Source: Octopus sinensis (Eukaryota). From it: a stretch of DNA of 64,000 nucleotides. The stretch lies in contig NC_043022.1 in assembly GCF_006345805.1 (NCBI RefSeq), positions 14,756,001 to 14,820,000 of the forward strand. Direction: 5' to 3'. The position numbers and the translations under genes were made by a program. Below, in pieces: positions 38,831 to 52,261 of the stretch. Below the pieces are notes generated by a model. That model was given only the letters and a program-made list of their open reading frames with translations, ran no database searches and was not told the origin of the DNA. Within the stretch, counting starts at the first letter, position 1. Each line of letters starts with the position of its first letter.

Positions 38831-39264
38831 AGGGAGAGAGAGAGATGCATAGGCAAATCCAAGAACAAAAAAAAAAACAAGAAAAAAAAACCCTAGCAAA
38901 AGTAAATTAGATGTACAAAGTGAATATAATAGATTGACACTCAATGAAAGTCTTAGATGGAAAAAATAGGAGTGGAAATGGCATTTCAAGAGCAGCTCTT
39001 CATTGAAAAAAAGGAAGAAGTCCAGAGGAGAGGAAAAGGATGAAGGAGCAGTTTAACCCCGAGAACAAACACGTGTGTTGTTACATGGCCCAAAAAATAA
39101 CAGATACGAGTTTCTTTCAGTTTCCGTCTACCTTATTCACTCACAAGAGTTTGGTTGACCCGGGGCTGTAACAGAAGACACTTGCCCAAGGTGTCACACT
39201 GTGGGACTGAACCCAAGACCACGTGGTTGGGAAGCAGGCTTCTTAACTACACAGCTGTTGCTGC

Positions 39265-39334
39265 ACTCCACTCTCTGGGAAGAATAGCTTTTCATATTAG
39301 GATATGAAAAGCTATTCTTCCCAGAGAGTGGAGT
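39265..39334. other. Perfect inverted repeat: 33-bp arms, 4-nt loop
   Basis: actccactctctgggaagaatagcttttcatat-TAGG-atatgaaaagctattcttcccagagagtggagt; arms checked base by base. Confidence 0.95.
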
Positions 39335-39709
39335 TGATTGCTGTTAAGTAGCAGAGAACCAGTCAATTGACAAGTGTTTTGTTGGTAACAAAGCTATGAG
39401 AAACCACCACCAGACAGTTCACTAGTGGCCTTCTCCTATTCACTAGATTCTCAGTCAACTGCCTGCAGGTTATTCTACCCACCAAGTTCTGCTCATGGGT
39501 AACTTTCAGGTTTCCGCAGCAAAGATATATGATACTGTCTGTTCTGTTAACTAAACTACCTAATGCAGTTTTTCTCAGCCTTTTTTACCCTTGCCTAACC
39601 CTTAAAATAAATTACGTGTCTCAAGGAAACCCTGCACAAAAAAAAAAAAAATATTATATACCATATCTTTCTCATATTTTGTCATCATGGTTCACGTGGT
39701 AAATATCAT

Positions 39710-39761
<52 letters not shown>

Positions 39762-39796
39762 CTTTATCTAGTTTCAGCTCACGAGCTATACACATA

Positions 39797-39963
39797 TAGG
39801 CACAGGAGTGGTTGCGTGGTAAGTAGCTTGTTTACCAACCACATAGTTCTAGGTTCAATCCCACTGCGTGGCACCTTGGGCAAGTGTCTTCTACTATAGC
39901 CTCGGGCCAACCAAAGCCTTGTGAGTGGATTTGGTAGACGGAAACTGAAAGAAGCTCGTCGTA

Positions 39964-40030
<67 letters not shown>

Positions 40031-40243
40031 TGTGTGTGTTTGTGTGTCTGTGTTTGTCCCCTTAACATTGCTTGACAACCAATGCTGGTGTGTTTATGTC
40101 CCCGTTACTTAACGGTTCGGCAAAAAGGGACCGATAGAATAAGTACTGGGCTTACAAAAGAATAAGTCCCGGGGTCGAGTTGCTCGATAAAAGGCGGTGC
40201 TCCAGCATGGCCGCAGTCAAATGACTGAAACAAGTAAAAGAGA
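39797..40243 (+). mobile_element. SINE family A with expanded internal (TA)n
   Basis: Full-length match; internal TA tract ~39962-40027. Confidence 0.85.
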
Positions 40244-41269
40244 GAAAAAGAGAATATGCATATACACATAGATTTGTTCCCTGAGGTATGGGAGTTCGAG
40301 GGCGGGGGCAGCTATTCTAAAACTCCGCTGTGTCCTTTTTTAAGGGGGGGGGGAAGACAAGCGTGGCTGTGTGGTAAGTTTCCTTCCAAACCACTTCCGG
40401 GTTCAGTCCCCACCGCGTGGTACCTTGTGTAAGTGTCTTCTACTATAGCCACGGGTCGACCAAATCCTTAGGTAAATTTGGTAGATGGAAACCGAAAGAA
40501 GCCCGTCGTGTGTGTGTGTGTATATATGTGTGTGTGTATATATGTGTGTATGTGTGTGTGCATGCACGTGGGTGTCTATGCCTGTGTTTGTCTCCTACCA
40601 TAGTTTGACAACCGGTGTTGGCGTGTTTACGTCCCCGTAATCTGGCGGATCGGCAACAGAGATCGATAGAAATACCAGGCTTAAAAAAAAGTACTGTGGT
40701 CGATTCATTCGACTAAAACTTCATCAAGGCGGTGCCCCAGCATGACCGAAACATAAGAGTTTTGAGGGAGATTTGGCTGCTATTACTAGCAAGTGGGACG
40801 ACCACGTAAACGTCGCCCCCTCCTGGTGTGTTTGTCACCATTTGTCGTTTATCTGTGTGATGATTGTGATTGTGATGTTGACTAAAAGTGAACATTGTCC
40901 TCTTAAACACGTGAAAAACAAATAGAGAACAAGCTTTGTCGTCGTCGTCTCTTCTGTGACATCGTTGTTGGCCCGAAATTGCCCATTGTTGCCTGTTTAA
41001 AGAGCCGGACGTTGGACAAAGGGCGCGGTGTATGAAAGAGAGAGAGAGAGAGAAGAAAGAGAGAGAGAGGTAGAGATAGATAGAGAGAGAGAGAAAATGT
41101 GTGTGTGAGTAAGAGTGTGCATTCGTATATCTGTGTGTGTGCGCATGAGAGAATATCTTTGTATATGGCAGGATATAGTATGTGATAGAGTGTATGCGTA
41201 TGTGAGAACGTGTGTGTGCGTGTGAAAGAGGCAATGTATGTGTGAGTGTGAGCACGTGTGTGTGTGTGC

Positions 41270-41300
<31 letters not shown>

Positions 41301-41761
41301 CGCCTGTGTAATATAAACAGCTGTCAGTAAAAAGCGGGTCCCTCTCATGCAACGGCTTCGAACACGTCATAGATAAAATAAAAGAAGAAACTGAAATAAA
41401 TATATAAATAAATAGATAAAGACACCAGCATCCTGTCTCGGGTATATATACGACTGTGGCAAACCTATAGTGGTATAATACACACACACACACTGGGTAC
41501 ACGTGTCCCACGAGTCCTCATCATAATCGTACACATACACACACACACACACACGTGGTATGTTTCGGAGAGAAAATAGTTTAGATAGGTCTTGAGAGAC
41601 AAACTTACCATTAAAAATTATGAAATGTTGGCTTAATATCATCTAAAAGAAAAAAAAAAGTTTCACATCACATGGGCGCGAAACCGCATTGGAGGGAGAC
41701 GGCTTCACAGTCGTTCGATCCGTTAGAAATAGCTGCTAAATCCCGAGTCTATCTTAACCGT

Positions 41762-41797
<36 letters not shown>

Positions 41798-43020
41798 GGC
41801 AGAAAACAAAACGGAATGATGCCATAAACATCGTCGTCTCCTGCTTACACGTACACAAATGACGGATGTTGGTGACAAACGACGGCGACCAACCCAAAAA
41901 GCCTTCTCGTTTAGGCTTGACCTAGGGCTAAACAAAAACACGTACGAAAATACTAGCTTGAAATAGTTATTTTCGATTCCATCAATTCTATACAAGATGA
42001 TGATGATGATGATGATGATGATGGTGAGGATATTGTATGAATGTATACAAACTATTTTATATCAAGTCAACCAGGATCCTCTGTGTGGTAACAGAACTGT
42101 TTAGACATAGCAGCTAAATCTTCTTCGAAATCACATCCTATTGTCTTTATAAAGGAGAAAAAGAAAAGAAAAAAAAGATATTGCACTCTTTCAAGAAGTT
42201 TGCACCCCCCCCCAAAGAAAATGGTCATAGCAGTAACGTTTTGGATTATCAGTGTCTCACTCAATCAGCACATGGTAGCGTGTGTGTGCAAGTGCTGGTT
42301 GCATTGAAAGAGCACCCAGTACTCTCTGTAAAGTGGTAAGTATTAGGAAGGGCATCCAGCTATAGATGGGGCCCAACACACCCCAGGGGCTTGCTGGATC
42401 CAATATGACAAACCAATGTTAAACGATGATGATTTATACATGTGTGAATGCATATATCATCATCATCATCATTTAACGTCCGTTTGCCATGCTAGCATGG
42501 GTTGGACGGTTCAACTGGGGTCTAGGAAGCCAGAAAGCTGCATCAGGCCCAGTCTGATCTGGCAATGTCTCTACAGCTGGATGCCCTTCCTAACGCCAAC
42601 CACTCCGTGAGTGTAGTGGGTGCTTTTTACGGGCCACCTGCACAGGTGCCAGACGAGGCTGGCAAACGGCCACGACCGGATGGTGCTTTTTACGTGCCAC
42701 CGGCACGGAGGCCAGTCGGGGCATATGTATATGTGCATATATATGCATGAGCGTGCATGCATGTGAGTGTGTGTACATTGATAAGTGACGAAGCTGTACA
42801 GAAAAGTTATTGGATATGCCACCCCTGAGATATCAGGGTAGCTGGGTTTATAGTGGCTCAGAATTCAGGTTGTCAGGTCTAAAATGAATACAGCATGGCT
42901 GTATGGTAAACAAGTTCAAAGTGCACATCATTTTGGTTCAATCCTATAGAATTCAGGTTTCTTTATGAAATATATATCTTATTCATACACATTGTTCAGA
43001 ATTAATCCTGCATTATCTTG

Positions 43021-43360
43021 TCGCCTCGACTGGCTTCTGTGCCGGTGGCACATAAAAAGCACCATCCGAGCGTGGCCGATGCCAGCCCCGCCTTGACTGG
43101 CTTCCGTGCCGGTGGCATGTTAAAAGCACCAACTGATCGTGGCCGATGCCAGCCTCCCCTGGCACCTGTGCCGGTGACACGTAAAAAGCACCCACTACAC
43201 TCGCGTAGTGGTTGGCGTTAGGAAGGGCATCCAGCTGTAGAAACACTGCCAGATCAGACAGGAGCCTGGTGCAGCCCCTGGCTTCCCAGACCCCGGTCGA
43301 ACCATCCAACCCGTGCTAGCATGGAAAACGGACGTTAAACGATGATGATGATGATGATGA
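43021..43360 (+). mobile_element. RTE 3'-tail copy (3 VNTR units) inserted in a piggyBac-type MITE
   Basis: MITE sequence ...tgcattatcttg is interrupted and resumes as ttttagaacgacattgtaag...gctaaagagttaa. Confidence 0.75.
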
Positions 43361-43796
43361 TCCTTTTAGAACGACATTGTAAGATTGGTGTGAGAAGATG
43401 GATCCAGTCAGTTTCAGCATAAAAACAGGAAAATATTTGGTCCGTATCTGGCCGGATTAAATGCTAAAGAGTTAAATGTCTATTGTAGACTCGGGTTAAC
43501 AAATACTTGTAAGTAGATAGGAGAACACTACGAAAGTGTCTGGTGGTCTCTCATTGCCTTCTCCAAACCACTTTGCTGAAATGGAGCTTCCTGTGTTGCA
43601 GTGTGAAGAAGTCTAATGTTTCAACTGCATGGTCAGCTTTTACTATGAACAAGGGATGCCGCAGTTTGAAATAACAAAAGCTGGAGGTCTTAGGATGTGC
43701 AATCCAAGGAATTCATTAAGAAGAAAGGTGAAACTAGGAGAACTAAAGACTGAAGAAGTGGGAGACCTTAGAACTTTTAAAAACTGAAGGCAAGTA

Positions 43797-44404
43797 CAGT
43801 AATCCCTCGACTATTACAGGTGTTACATTTCAAAACCCTCTGCGATAGGTGAAAATCCACAAAGTAGAAACAATACTGTATTGTATATTTTCTAAAATCA
43901 TTTTTGTAATTTGTAAATATTTATCTCTCTATATATATAAAGCTGAAGTTGTCTGTGTGTGGCAGGATTGGTAGCCTTCAACTAACACTATCTCCTCCGA
44001 GACCCTGCGGCGCAAGTTGACCAAAATTGAGAGTATGATAGAAGAAGGCTTGCTCTTCATTCCGTAGAAGAAAAAATTCAAATCGGAATATGTTAACACC
44101 AAAAATTATTTACATCAAAAAGGTACTTTTTTTCTATGAAAATCCCTATTTTTACGATTTTTTGACTGCTGTGTTGCCATTTTTCGGTGTATTTCAACCA
44201 GAAAAATGTTCGCTTAAAGAGAATAACAAGCTACATAATGCAAAATTTTTACTTTTCAAAAATTCCAATTCTAAAGGGTCGAAACAAATCCGAGCAACGT
44301 CAGGCGATACTGCTAGTTTTATTATAAATGCAAAACAGAGGAATCAACATAAGCTTAAATAATAAACTGCAACAGGTGAACCATGATATGGCGAGGGGTT
44401 ACTG
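43797..44404. mobile_element. Tc1/mariner (pogo/Tigger-like) MITE with TA TSD, hosting a Helitron
   Basis: ta|cagtaatccctcg ... gcgaggggttactg|ta. Confidence 0.8.
43924..44316 (+). mobile_element. Non-autonomous Helitron (393 bp)
   Basis: a|TCtctctatatatataaagctgaag ... ccgagcaacgtcagg (hairpin) cgatactgCTAG|t: A|T target, TC start, CTAG end, no TSD. Confidence 0.85.
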
Positions 44405-46090
44405 TATCTAAATCTGAATGCTGTAGGGTCGAACCAAAGTGATGTGCACTGGGACTTTCTAAATGGTATGCCTAAAGAAAATTTACCTTAAATGTTTTTA
44501 AAAGTGCAGCCCACCTGATAACGAGCAATGTCTCATGCAGCTAGCTTCTAAAGAAAGGTTGCCCATACCTGCTCTAAAGCTTTGAGGGTTAGAAGCAATC
44601 TATTGCCAGCTCTCAAATCTGGCCCAAACCTCCAGTACACAGGTTCACCTTCAACTACCAGAAGGGGAATGGTAAAATAAGGTACATATGCTTATGTAGC
44701 GAATCGTGTCAGCCTTATTTTTTTACCCCCTGTAGCTGCAGGCACACTGTGTCACATTGAGAGGGGAGAGAATTCATATGGCGACATGCTTCGCCTTCTG
44801 TGTGCTAAAGGTTAAAAGAAATTGTATGTCAAAAACGCTTACACAGGCCAGAACATAGAAAGGATGGAGCACTGATGAAGAAGAGTCTGAAGACTGAGGT
44901 TTCAAGTAGAAATCGAAGACAATATACATCATCATCATCATCGTTTAACGTCCGTTCTCCATGCTAGCATGGGTTGGACGGTTCAACCGGGGATCTGGGA
45001 AGCCAGGAGGCTGCACCAGGCTCCAGTCTGATCTGGCAGTGTTTCTACAGCTGGATGCCCTTCCTAATGCCAACCACTCCGTGAGTGTAGTGGGCGCTTT
45101 TTACGTGCCAGGCGAGGCTGGCAACGGCCACGGTCGGATTGGTGCATTTTACGTGCCACCTGCACGGAATACAAGATAATATATTAACCTTGGTTGTTTG
45201 TCAGTCAATGGTGCTCTTAGCTCAACCCTTGTCTTTTTTATCCACACTTGGAAAATCAGTTAGCATTCATTTGATTGACAATAACCAAGGTGGCGAGCTG
45301 GCAGAAATATTAACACGCTGGGTGAAATGCTTAGCAGTATTTCGTCTGTCTTTACGTTCTGAGTTCAAATTTCGTCAAGGTTGACTTTGCCTTTCATCCT
45401 TTCGGGGTCGATAAATTAAGTACCAGTTGCGTACTGGAGTCGATCTAATCGACTGCCCCCCCCCCACTCCCTGAAAATTTTGGGCCTTGTGCTTAGAGTA
45501 GAAAAGTATAAGCAGTTGGGAGATTAACTGATTCTCTGTGTGTGTGTGTGAATGAGAGAAAGAGAATTGACTCAGTACTTGACTGGGAGATTAGTTTATC
45601 AACTCTGGAAAGATGAAAGCCAAATTTGAGCTCAGACAACATGAAGACCCTAACAAACACTGCAAGACATTCATCTGACGTTAAAATGATTTGAGCAATC
45701 AAACACCTTACGTACATGTGTGTGTGTGTGTATGCATTGTGTTCCTTAATGTCCAGTAAACTTAGCAATTTGAGAGCGATCAATGAAATAGTCCCAGACA
45801 CTGGACATGTACTGTGTTGCATGTGACCGACTGCATTGCCGCAGTCCAATGATCGAAATTGGTATAAGAACAAAAGGACATTAGAATGGTGCTTAACAAT
45901 ACAAAGCCAAACTCTCAGGAGTCTGCACAGCTCATCATTTAACCAGTTTATCGCACATCAATTATTTCACAGAAAAATTAGTTAACATATATCTTGAAAT
46001 ATTAATGATACTGGGCAATATTTCTTTACAGTATCCGGTTGAGTGAACATTACCAAAAAATTGGCTGCTGGTCAAATTAAAAGCATATAC

Positions 46091-46840
46091 ACTATCACAA
46101 ATCTCTCTCTTTTACTCTTTTACTTGTTTCAGTCATTTGATTGTGGCCATGCTGGAGCACCGCCTTTAATCGAGCAACTCGACCCCGGGACTTATTCTTT
46201 GTAAGCCCAGTACTTATTCTATCGGTCTCTTTTTGCCGAACCACTAAGTGACGGGGACATAAACACACCAGCATCTGTTGTCAAGCAATGCTGGGGGGAC
46301 AAACACAGACACACAAACATACATATATATATAAATATACATATATCCGACAGGCTTCTTTCAGTTTCCGTCTACCAAATCCACTCACAAGGCATTGGTC
46401 GGCCCGAGGCTATAGCAGAAGACACTGTATAGATATTCTGCAGATGTGGCTGTTGGGGTAAAGAAGCTTGCTTGCTGTCAACATGGTTGTGGGTTCAGTC
46501 CCACTGCATGGCATGCTTTGGGGCAAGAGTCTTCTACTATAGACTCATGCTGACCCAAAACCTTGCAAGTGAATTTAACAGACAGAAATTGTGAGAAAGC
46601 TCGTCATACATATATATATGGGTTCAGTCCCACTGTGTGGCACCTTGGGCAAGTGTCTTCTACTTTAGCCTCAGGCTGACCAAAGCCTTGTGAGTGGATT
46701 TAGTAGACGGAAATTGAAAGAAGCCTGTTGTACATATATATTTATATATGTATGTATATATGTATTTGTGTGTCTGTTGTTGCTCCCCACCCACGTTGCT
46801 TGACAACCAATGTTGGTGTGTTTACATCCCCATAACTTAG

Positions 46841-46871
<31 letters not shown>

Positions 46872-47130
46872 TTGTGTGACTGTGCTTGTCCTCCCACCAT
46901 CGCTTGACAGCCAATGTTGGTGAGTTTATGTCCCCGCAACTTAGTGGTTTGGCAAAAGAGATCGATAGAACAAGCACTAGGCTTACAAAAGAATAAGTCC
47001 TGGGGTCGATTTGTTTGACTAAAGGCGGTGCTCCAGCATGGCAGTAGTCAAATGACCGAAACAAATAAAAGAATATACTGGCAGTGCTCCAGCATGGCCA
47101 CAGCCTCAAGGCTGAAACATGTAAAAGAAT
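46091..47130. mobile_element. Cluster of SINE A copies: minus copy 46091-46425 followed by several plus-strand partial copies
   Basis: Repeated head, body and tail segments in opposite orientations. Confidence 0.75.
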
Positions 47131-47751
47131 AAAAGATACACACACACACAGACACGAGGAGCCCAGAGCTACATACACACCTATAAAATCACAGCAATAA
47201 TACTGTATGACATGACTACGGACCTCATAGCTTTAAAACGGAAATAAATACCAAAGCATGGGTCAGAGACCGGTGTGTTTGACCTACGCACTTCCTGTAA
47301 GGACACAATAATACATTGTGTGTGTGTTTGTGTGTTAGAGACGGAGAAAAGATGGATAACTGCTAAGACCTTATAGGTGAGGAGTAAACAATTCTTGAGT
47401 TCCAATTGAATTCGAGACTGTGTTCCTCTTGTCACTACTCCAAGGATGCAATTAAAAATCATTGTTAATTAATTGTATACTAATTAACTGAAGTAAAACA
47501 ACAAAACTACATCAACTGGTATGAATCAACAAGGAACCCCTTCCCTCTATGTTGTCACTTGGTCTGCTAGAAGTAGCAGCCAAATCTTTCTCATTTCACA
47601 CTCTGTTAGCTTCAATAAAGGACATGAATTCATATTGTGCTGAAAGCCCGTAAAAAAAAAGGCAAGAGGGTCACAGATGGAATGGCTTTGATCATACATC
47701 TGCTTGATTAGAGTTTACTTGGACCAAACATCTACAGCTTAGAGTAGAATA

Positions 47752-48160
47752 ATACTTTTTTCTACTTTAGGCACAAGGCCTGAAATTTTAGGGGAGGGGA
47801 CCAGTCAATTAGATTGACCCCAGTATGCAACTGGTACTTAATTTATCGAGACCCCGAAAGGATGAAAGGCAAAGTCGACCTTGGCAGAATTTGAACTCAG
47901 AACATAAAGTCTGACGAAATACCTATTTCTTTACTACCCACAAGGGGCTAAACACAGAGGAGACGAACAGGGACAGACAAACGGATTAAGTCGATTATAT
48001 CGACCCCAGTGCGTAACTGGTACTTAATTTATTGACCCCGAGAGGATGAAAGACAAAGTTGACCTCGGTGGAATTTGAACTCAGAACGTAGCGGCAGACA
48101 AAATACCGCTAAGCATTTCGCCCGGCGTGTTAACGATTCTGCCAGCTTGCTGCCTTAGGG
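47752..48160 (-). mobile_element. Tandem SINE family C units
   Basis: Two ccccgaaaggatgaaaggcaaagtcgacc...gaatttgaactcagaac blocks. Confidence 0.75.
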
Positions 48161-49115
48161 TAGAATAATATAATTTGTCTTCTCAATAACAGAGGGTACT
48201 AGAAGACAAGAAAGAAAAAAAGAACCTTATTTTTAGTCCACCCGACCTACTCCAATGGAAAGAAGAAAGCTTGCATTTTTAGGCAAAATATAAAAACTGA
48301 AGTGTACTTGAACCAGAATATCTTGTTGAATAAACAATAAAATTGGATGGCAATTATAAAAATATATCATCCAATACTTCCGTATTTCACACACACACAC
48401 ACACACACACACAGCAAGTACCTACTGATAATGCACACATTGGTCTACATGTACACACTATGTTATGAAAGCATGTAGCTCAGGGGTTAGGGTATTTGGC
48501 ATATGATCGTAAGGTTGTGAGTTCGATTCCCAGCGGTGCACCATGTCCTTGAGCAAGACACTTTATTTCACATTGCTCCAGTCCATTCAGCTGGCAAAAA
48601 TGAGTTGTACCTGTAATTACAAGGGGCCAGCCTTGTCACTTTCTGCATGATGCTGGATCTCCCTGAGAACCACATTAAAGGTACACGTGTCTGTGGAGTG
48701 CTCAGCCACTTGCACGTTAATTTCACAAGCAGGCTGTTCCATGGATCGGATCAACTGAAATCCTCATTGCGGATACTGATGGAGTGCATGGCACCTTAGG
48801 CAAGTGTGTTCTACTATATCCTTGGGTTCACCAAAGCCTTGTGAGTGGATTTAATAGGCGGAATCTGAAAGAAGCTCATTGTCTGTGTGTGTGTGTGTGT
48901 GTGTGTATTTGTCCCCCAACAACCCTTGACAACGGTGTTGGTATGTTTACGTCGTCATAACTTAGTAGTTCGACAAACGAGACCGATAGAATAAGTAAGA
49001 GGCTTAAAAAAGAAAAATAAAAGTGCTGGAATAGATTCACTCGACTAAAAATTCTTCAATGCGGTGCCCCAGCATGGCCACAGTCTAATGACCGAAACAA
49101 TACCTACATACACAC

Positions 49116-49152
<37 letters not shown>

Positions 49153-49768
49153 CCACCGACTTCTAAAGCAAAGAAGCTTGTTTCGTGCTCAAACGGAAAC
49201 TAAATTTGACATTTAAAAAACAATCCCAGCCCGCGATTTCCGTTAGAACTTAATTGCTTTATGGAAACTTCATAACTTTCGTCTAGAAACTAACTTACAG
49301 CGACTCCCACCCAAAGATGGGAGAAGAAGAGATTGACATAAAAAGTATTCACCGAAAACGATATCCCACATCAATGACATAATTAGCGAAGTTAATTGAT
49401 AAATTAATTAACACCCTAAAAGTAAACGATTCCAGCATGAAAACGAAACCAGTTACCCACCCAACTTTCTAGTTTAAACTAAAGAAGCATTAAGAGACAC
49501 TTGGCAGAGTAAGCAGATCTTTTTAAAGTTCTGGTCCCAACTTTGGTATTTTTTGTGATTGTTCTCTTCGGATTCGATAGAATAAACAAATAAACTGACA
49601 TCTTTTGGGTTTTTTTTCTTTCTCTTTTTACCAAAGTCTTGCGGGGAAAGAAAGAGATACTTTCGAAAGCAATTCTAGACGTCGAAAGAATTTTAAGTTC
49701 GTGCGATGTGCGTGAGAAAGTTATATATAGCACACACACACAACACATATATATATATATATACATAC

Positions 49769-49800
<32 letters not shown>

Positions 49801-49802
49801 TA

Positions 49803-49835
<33 letters not shown>

Positions 49836-49866
49836 CATACATATATTAATATATATATATATATAT

Positions 49867-49909
<43 letters not shown>

Positions 49910-50443
49910 ATTATATATATATAATATATATATATATATATGTAAATGTATGAAAAATACAAACTGGGACAAGAACGTGAACATTTAGAAGACGATACAA
50001 AAAACACGGACGGACATTCGAAGCCTCCAATCTTCAGTCAAGAACCGGATCATCTTCGCAATTTCGGCTGATATTTATATATATATATATATATATAAGG
50101 AGAGAGAGAGAGAGAGAGAGAGAGAGTTGTGCATGTGTGTGTGTCTACATGTTATATATAGTTGTGTATGTGTGCGGGTATATATATAAGTATACATGTT
50201 ACATATAGAGTTTGGCTTTTGAAAAATATGCATGCAATACATAAATAAAGCTGTGTATGTTTATAAACTTGTATGCATAGAAGTATACACACACACACAA
50301 ACACATAAAATTGTGTATTCTTGTGTGTATATAACAATATACGTTATATAAAGTTTGATGCATGTCGCATAAATAAATGTATGTCATAAAGTTATATAGC
50401 AGTGTACGTATATATATATATATATAAATATTATATATATAAC

Positions 50444-50480
<37 letters not shown>

Positions 50481-52087
50481 ATGTATGTATGTACATATGT
50501 GTGTGTGTGTATAAAAGTGCACGTTATATATGAAGTCGGTGTATACATGTTTATACAGTTGTATATAATGTGAATATACATACCCTCTATTGAGCAGTGT
50601 TTGTAATGTAAGAACAATATTTTTGCCACCCTCAGCATCAATATGAAATATAAGCTATTTAGCCAATTAATTATCTGTTATTGAGTCTAATTATTCGGTT
50701 AATTAATTGACAATAAAGTCATAGATTAGCTTCAGTCCTGCATTACTTGAAAATTTACTTTATAAATTTCGTTTATTATAATTAAATCAATGAGAATGGT
50801 AGTTAATGAACCAACAACACACATTTGAGTAACACGAGACAACCAGAGTTACTACAAGGTTTGTACAATAGGCTAGAAATAGCAGTCAAAAGTAATACGA
50901 GCTGAGTAGGGAGTATCAACGTGGTTGCAAGCTCTGTTAGAAATAGCAGTCAAATCTCATTCAAAATAATCAAACACCGAAGTATTAATTAAAAAAAAAA
51001 AAGGCAGGACATATTGGATAATGTAGTATCAAATGTACAAAAAAATTGGGTGGTCACGGTTGGAATGCAGGACTGTCATAGAAAAGGGGAGCCTTAAAAG
51101 TAACCCACTGTATTTATTCATGTATAAGCCGCATCCCTAATTTCGTGTTAAATCTTGGTACAATTATTGTTTTTCTCCTTAGTTTTAGCCTTGCCCCCGT
51201 GTATAAGTCGCACCCCAGTTATTTTAAAATCAAAACCATGCGGTGCCCCAGCATGGCCACAGCTCATGAGCTGAAACTAGAATCAATATAAGATTAGGGT
51301 GGCTAATACACGAGTAATCTCGGTGGTAATTAGCGGTTAGTTACACCAAGATCTCCAAATTTCATATTTTCTAAGGAAAACACCAACCACCGAGTAATAT
51401 ATATAGATAAATTCAATATTTTCGGTTTAAGAGGGTCTGCAAATGCCACGGGTCTTTTTACTTTGGATCCTGTGATTAAAAAGTTTTTTTTAAATACCAG
51501 GAATCGAAACTGGATCCCTAGACTGAGTGTCGATGCCTTCCATTCTAGTAAACGCCATGTCACATTGCCTGATTACCCAAACAATGCGAATTCTTCAAAA
51601 ATAGGCCAAACACACAATAGCGGGAAGGCGCCGGTATTTTAACAAGTTCTTGTCTTTCCCAATAATAATAAACAACAACAGATTAATGAATAAAGTTTGA
51701 AGAGAAAATATGAGATCGGATAGGGATACAGGGAGGGGGTGTGTGTGTGTTGGGGGAGGGGATTATCGATCGTTCGATCTTTGGGAGTGATTGATTAAAA
51801 GGCAAAAATTCCGCGATGTTTAAAAGAGACACCTGGTATTCAAAGTATTGGGGGGAAATAGAATAAAGATGAATTAAATCACCCCCCCCATTGATTTAAT
51901 TAAAGGAAACGGTGGGCAATGCAGTTTCCTGAAAAAACGATAAGACGGGATGGTCACGACCAGGACGCTTTTAATCATAGGTCTACACGATTACGACTGC
52001 TGACCTGAGGTTAAATCATCCAATTATGAACTTGACATTAACCGAGACAGCTAATATTAGAAATTAAAAAAATTCTCTCTCTCTCTC

Positions 52088-52145
<58 letters not shown>

Positions 52146-52201
52146 ATACATATATAATGATGGACTGCTTCGTCGCTATATGATATATTCACACTTACAT
52201 T

Positions 52202-52242
<41 letters not shown>

Positions 52243-52261
52243 ATATATGTGTGTGTATATA

